Source: Folioceros fuciformis (taxonomy: Eukaryota). From it: DNA of 20,000 bases. Positions 17,976-20,000 of this stretch are shown here, piece after piece (within the stretch, counting starts at the first letter, position 1; each line of letters begins with the position of its first letter). The notes under the pieces were generated by a model. The model had not been told where the DNA came from. It made no database searches and saw nothing but the letters and a program-made list of their open reading frames with translations. The DNA lies in assembly GCA_049999805.1 (NCBI GenBank), contig JBNGIO010006150.1, positions 340,393-360,392 on the forward strand, written 5' to 3'. The position numbers and the translations under genes were made by a program.

Positions 17976-20000
17976 TTACGACTGCACAGCTAATCTTTGA
18001 AGATGTTCGACAAAAACTTGTAGACTGACATCATCAGTGAATATGACTTCCTGGTTCTCGTACTGATGGTTGTTGTGCGTGATTGACGGGTTCAATTTCG
18101 CCAGTAAAAACCTGGCTTGACTAGCATGCTGGTCGCACTCAATGAGCTTTGGAAGAGGAATCCTGTCCACCAGCAAAGCTTCGGCGTCTCCGATGGGAGC
18201 TTCAAGCAAGTTCTTAAAGTTAACATAGGCAGGATCATTCTGATAACCAAGCTTCCTCCACTGGGCAATTGTAGAGCCATAATGCACCACCACATAGAAG
18301 TAGGAGTCAAAGAGCAGAATACAGTCTTGTGCAATGGAGGTGACATCCAAAACGACAGGAATAGGTGGGCCTTGAAATGTGTAGGAGAAGAGAGTAGGCT
18401 GAATCATGATCAGGGATCCGATGACACCTTCCCTGTTCAACATAAGCCTGAAGAAGGCAGTTTCATCAGGTGTGTTGTTGAAGACTTGCAGAAACTGTGA
18501 TCTTCGTAGGTGAAACATAAATTGCGGATAGAGGCTGAAGAATGAAGAAAAACGAAAAGACGTTGCATCATCCTTTTGGTACTCGCCAAATTTTGCAGCC
18601 ACGCGGATGAGCATCCGATCAAGCCACCTCAAAATATCAAACACCTCTTCATTCTCAGTTTTGAAAACGGCCAGTCTCGCCATAATTGCAGCAGCAGTTT
18701 CTTGATCAAAATTTGCAGCGATGTCTTGCAGTTGTCCCGCATCCACCCACCGACGAGCAAGGGTCGTAACACGCATTCTCATCTGCCCGTTGCCATGTCT
18801 ATACCTTGTGATAAACTGAATAAAAAAGGGAGTTCCCGAAGGTATGGGATTAGAGTGGTGATTGATCACCTCAAAGTACAGAGCAATGGCAGTTTTGTTG
18901 GTCAGGGTGCACATTTTCCATGCAGATGTACCACCAATTCCGAGCTCAGTGTCACTCACAGACCCGCCCTTCTTTCCCAGAGATGAGCAGGGACCTATTG
19001 CCCCACACACCTTTATCTCCTTCGTCGTAATAACCTCCAGTGAGCCACCAAAAGCCATCCTCAAGTGGCCTTGTTCATCCCTTTCAAACAGCTTCTTCAG
19101 TGTTTTCTTGAACTGATCAGAATCAAACGTCTCAGCCAATACCATGATCCCCCCCGTACTGTCCACAGCAACTCTCACCTCAGCTGTACCCACCTGATCC
19201 AGAGAGCATGCGAAGATATCCAGCACATGATTACTAGCCAACAGTTGCTGCGACAGCTGAGAATAAAACTTGCCCGCCTTCTTGTAATACGGTGCGTGAT
19301 CATTCACAAGGTCTTGGTGAGTGCGAATGCTTTTCCCTAAATCTGTGTCCACGATGATACCTGGCCCCACGGTTGCAGGACCTGCAGTAAACAGCATGAT
19401 CCTTGAGCCTATCCCCGACAGGCACCCCTGCATCAGGCCCGCAGAAACTGCCAATGCTGCACCTGTTGCTCTCTGTGGCCGGTGCCCAGCCGCTACTGGA
19501 TACGTATTCGGCTGCAACTCTTCCAGGGCAGCCACAAAAGTATATTCACATTCAGAGACCGGAAGCAAAAACCGTCCTATGCCTCCTCGATGGACCGATA
19601 AAACTCCAGCTGCTTGCCTTCCTTGAGGGAGAATTCCTAACAGTTCTTGCACCTAACCACATTTTCACAGCACAAGTGGTCATGAGCAACAAAATTCATA
19701 CTTATGACAGCACTGGAACAGGCCTGATCCAACGAAACCTCTCCGATCCATTGAGATCACAAGAGCATAGAAGCAGGCAAGCAAAATGAGCACACCTACA
19801 GTACCTGTTGCGACGTATACTCCTTTTCACCCCGGAAAACAATGGATTTCGAGCAATCGGCATAACCTAGCTCATGCACATGGACCATGGTCCCGAATGT
19901 GACGAGCCCGATCAGAGCAGCTTCTGGCAGGAAGCCGAGGAGCTGCGTTAACGCGTTCTTCAGATCCTGCAGATCCTCAGGCGGTTGACAAGTGTCAACC
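17976..20000 (-). CDS. SEC23: COPII coat protein SEC23, 5'-partial
   Basis: Exon >20000-19805 ([17 protein letters not shown]...[16 protein letters not shown]), GT-AG intron 19804-19653, exon 19652-17976. Motifs: [89 protein letters not shown]. Confidence 0.97.

Noticed and set aside
18092-19789. Antisense and alternate-frame ORFs over SEC23, with similar ones over CDSP32, RPA2 and the 10-12 kb exon
   Set aside because: Shadow ORFs of real coding sequence with no independent evidence.
19983-20000. Palindrome ggttgaca-ag-tgtcaacc at the window end
   Set aside because: An 8-bp stem inside SEC23 coding sequence (VDTCQP), within chance expectation.
1-20000. CRISPR arrays, tRNA/rRNA genes, prokaryotic operons
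   Set aside because: None seen. The window is spliceosomal-intron-containing plant nuclear DNA.

Overview
Gene-dense eukaryotic nuclear DNA from a land plant. About 50% GC, introns mostly 83-152 nt and short intergenic gaps suggest a compact non-seed-plant genome such as a hornwort (inference only). Genes, left to right: intronless CDSP32 (-); 11-exon mitochondrial GUF1/EF-4 (+); an AT-rich, CpG-poor island with a 3-exon secreted ApoD-like lipocalin (-); a ~920-aa mostly disordered unknown protein (+); a DUF3593 plastid membrane protein with an 18-nt microexon (-); a decayed F-box/beta-propeller pseudogene (-); 10-exon RPA2 (-); and the 3' part of SEC23 (-). The most unusual object is the lipocalin, whose barrel is split by a ~205-aa predicted helical insert. 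Next are a ~108-nt fold-back with a perfect 17-bp stem (pre-miRNA-like) and a 12-nt intronic antisense copy of the microexon. Gene models were built by hand from splice signals and reading frame. Family calls rest on remembered motifs, not database searches.
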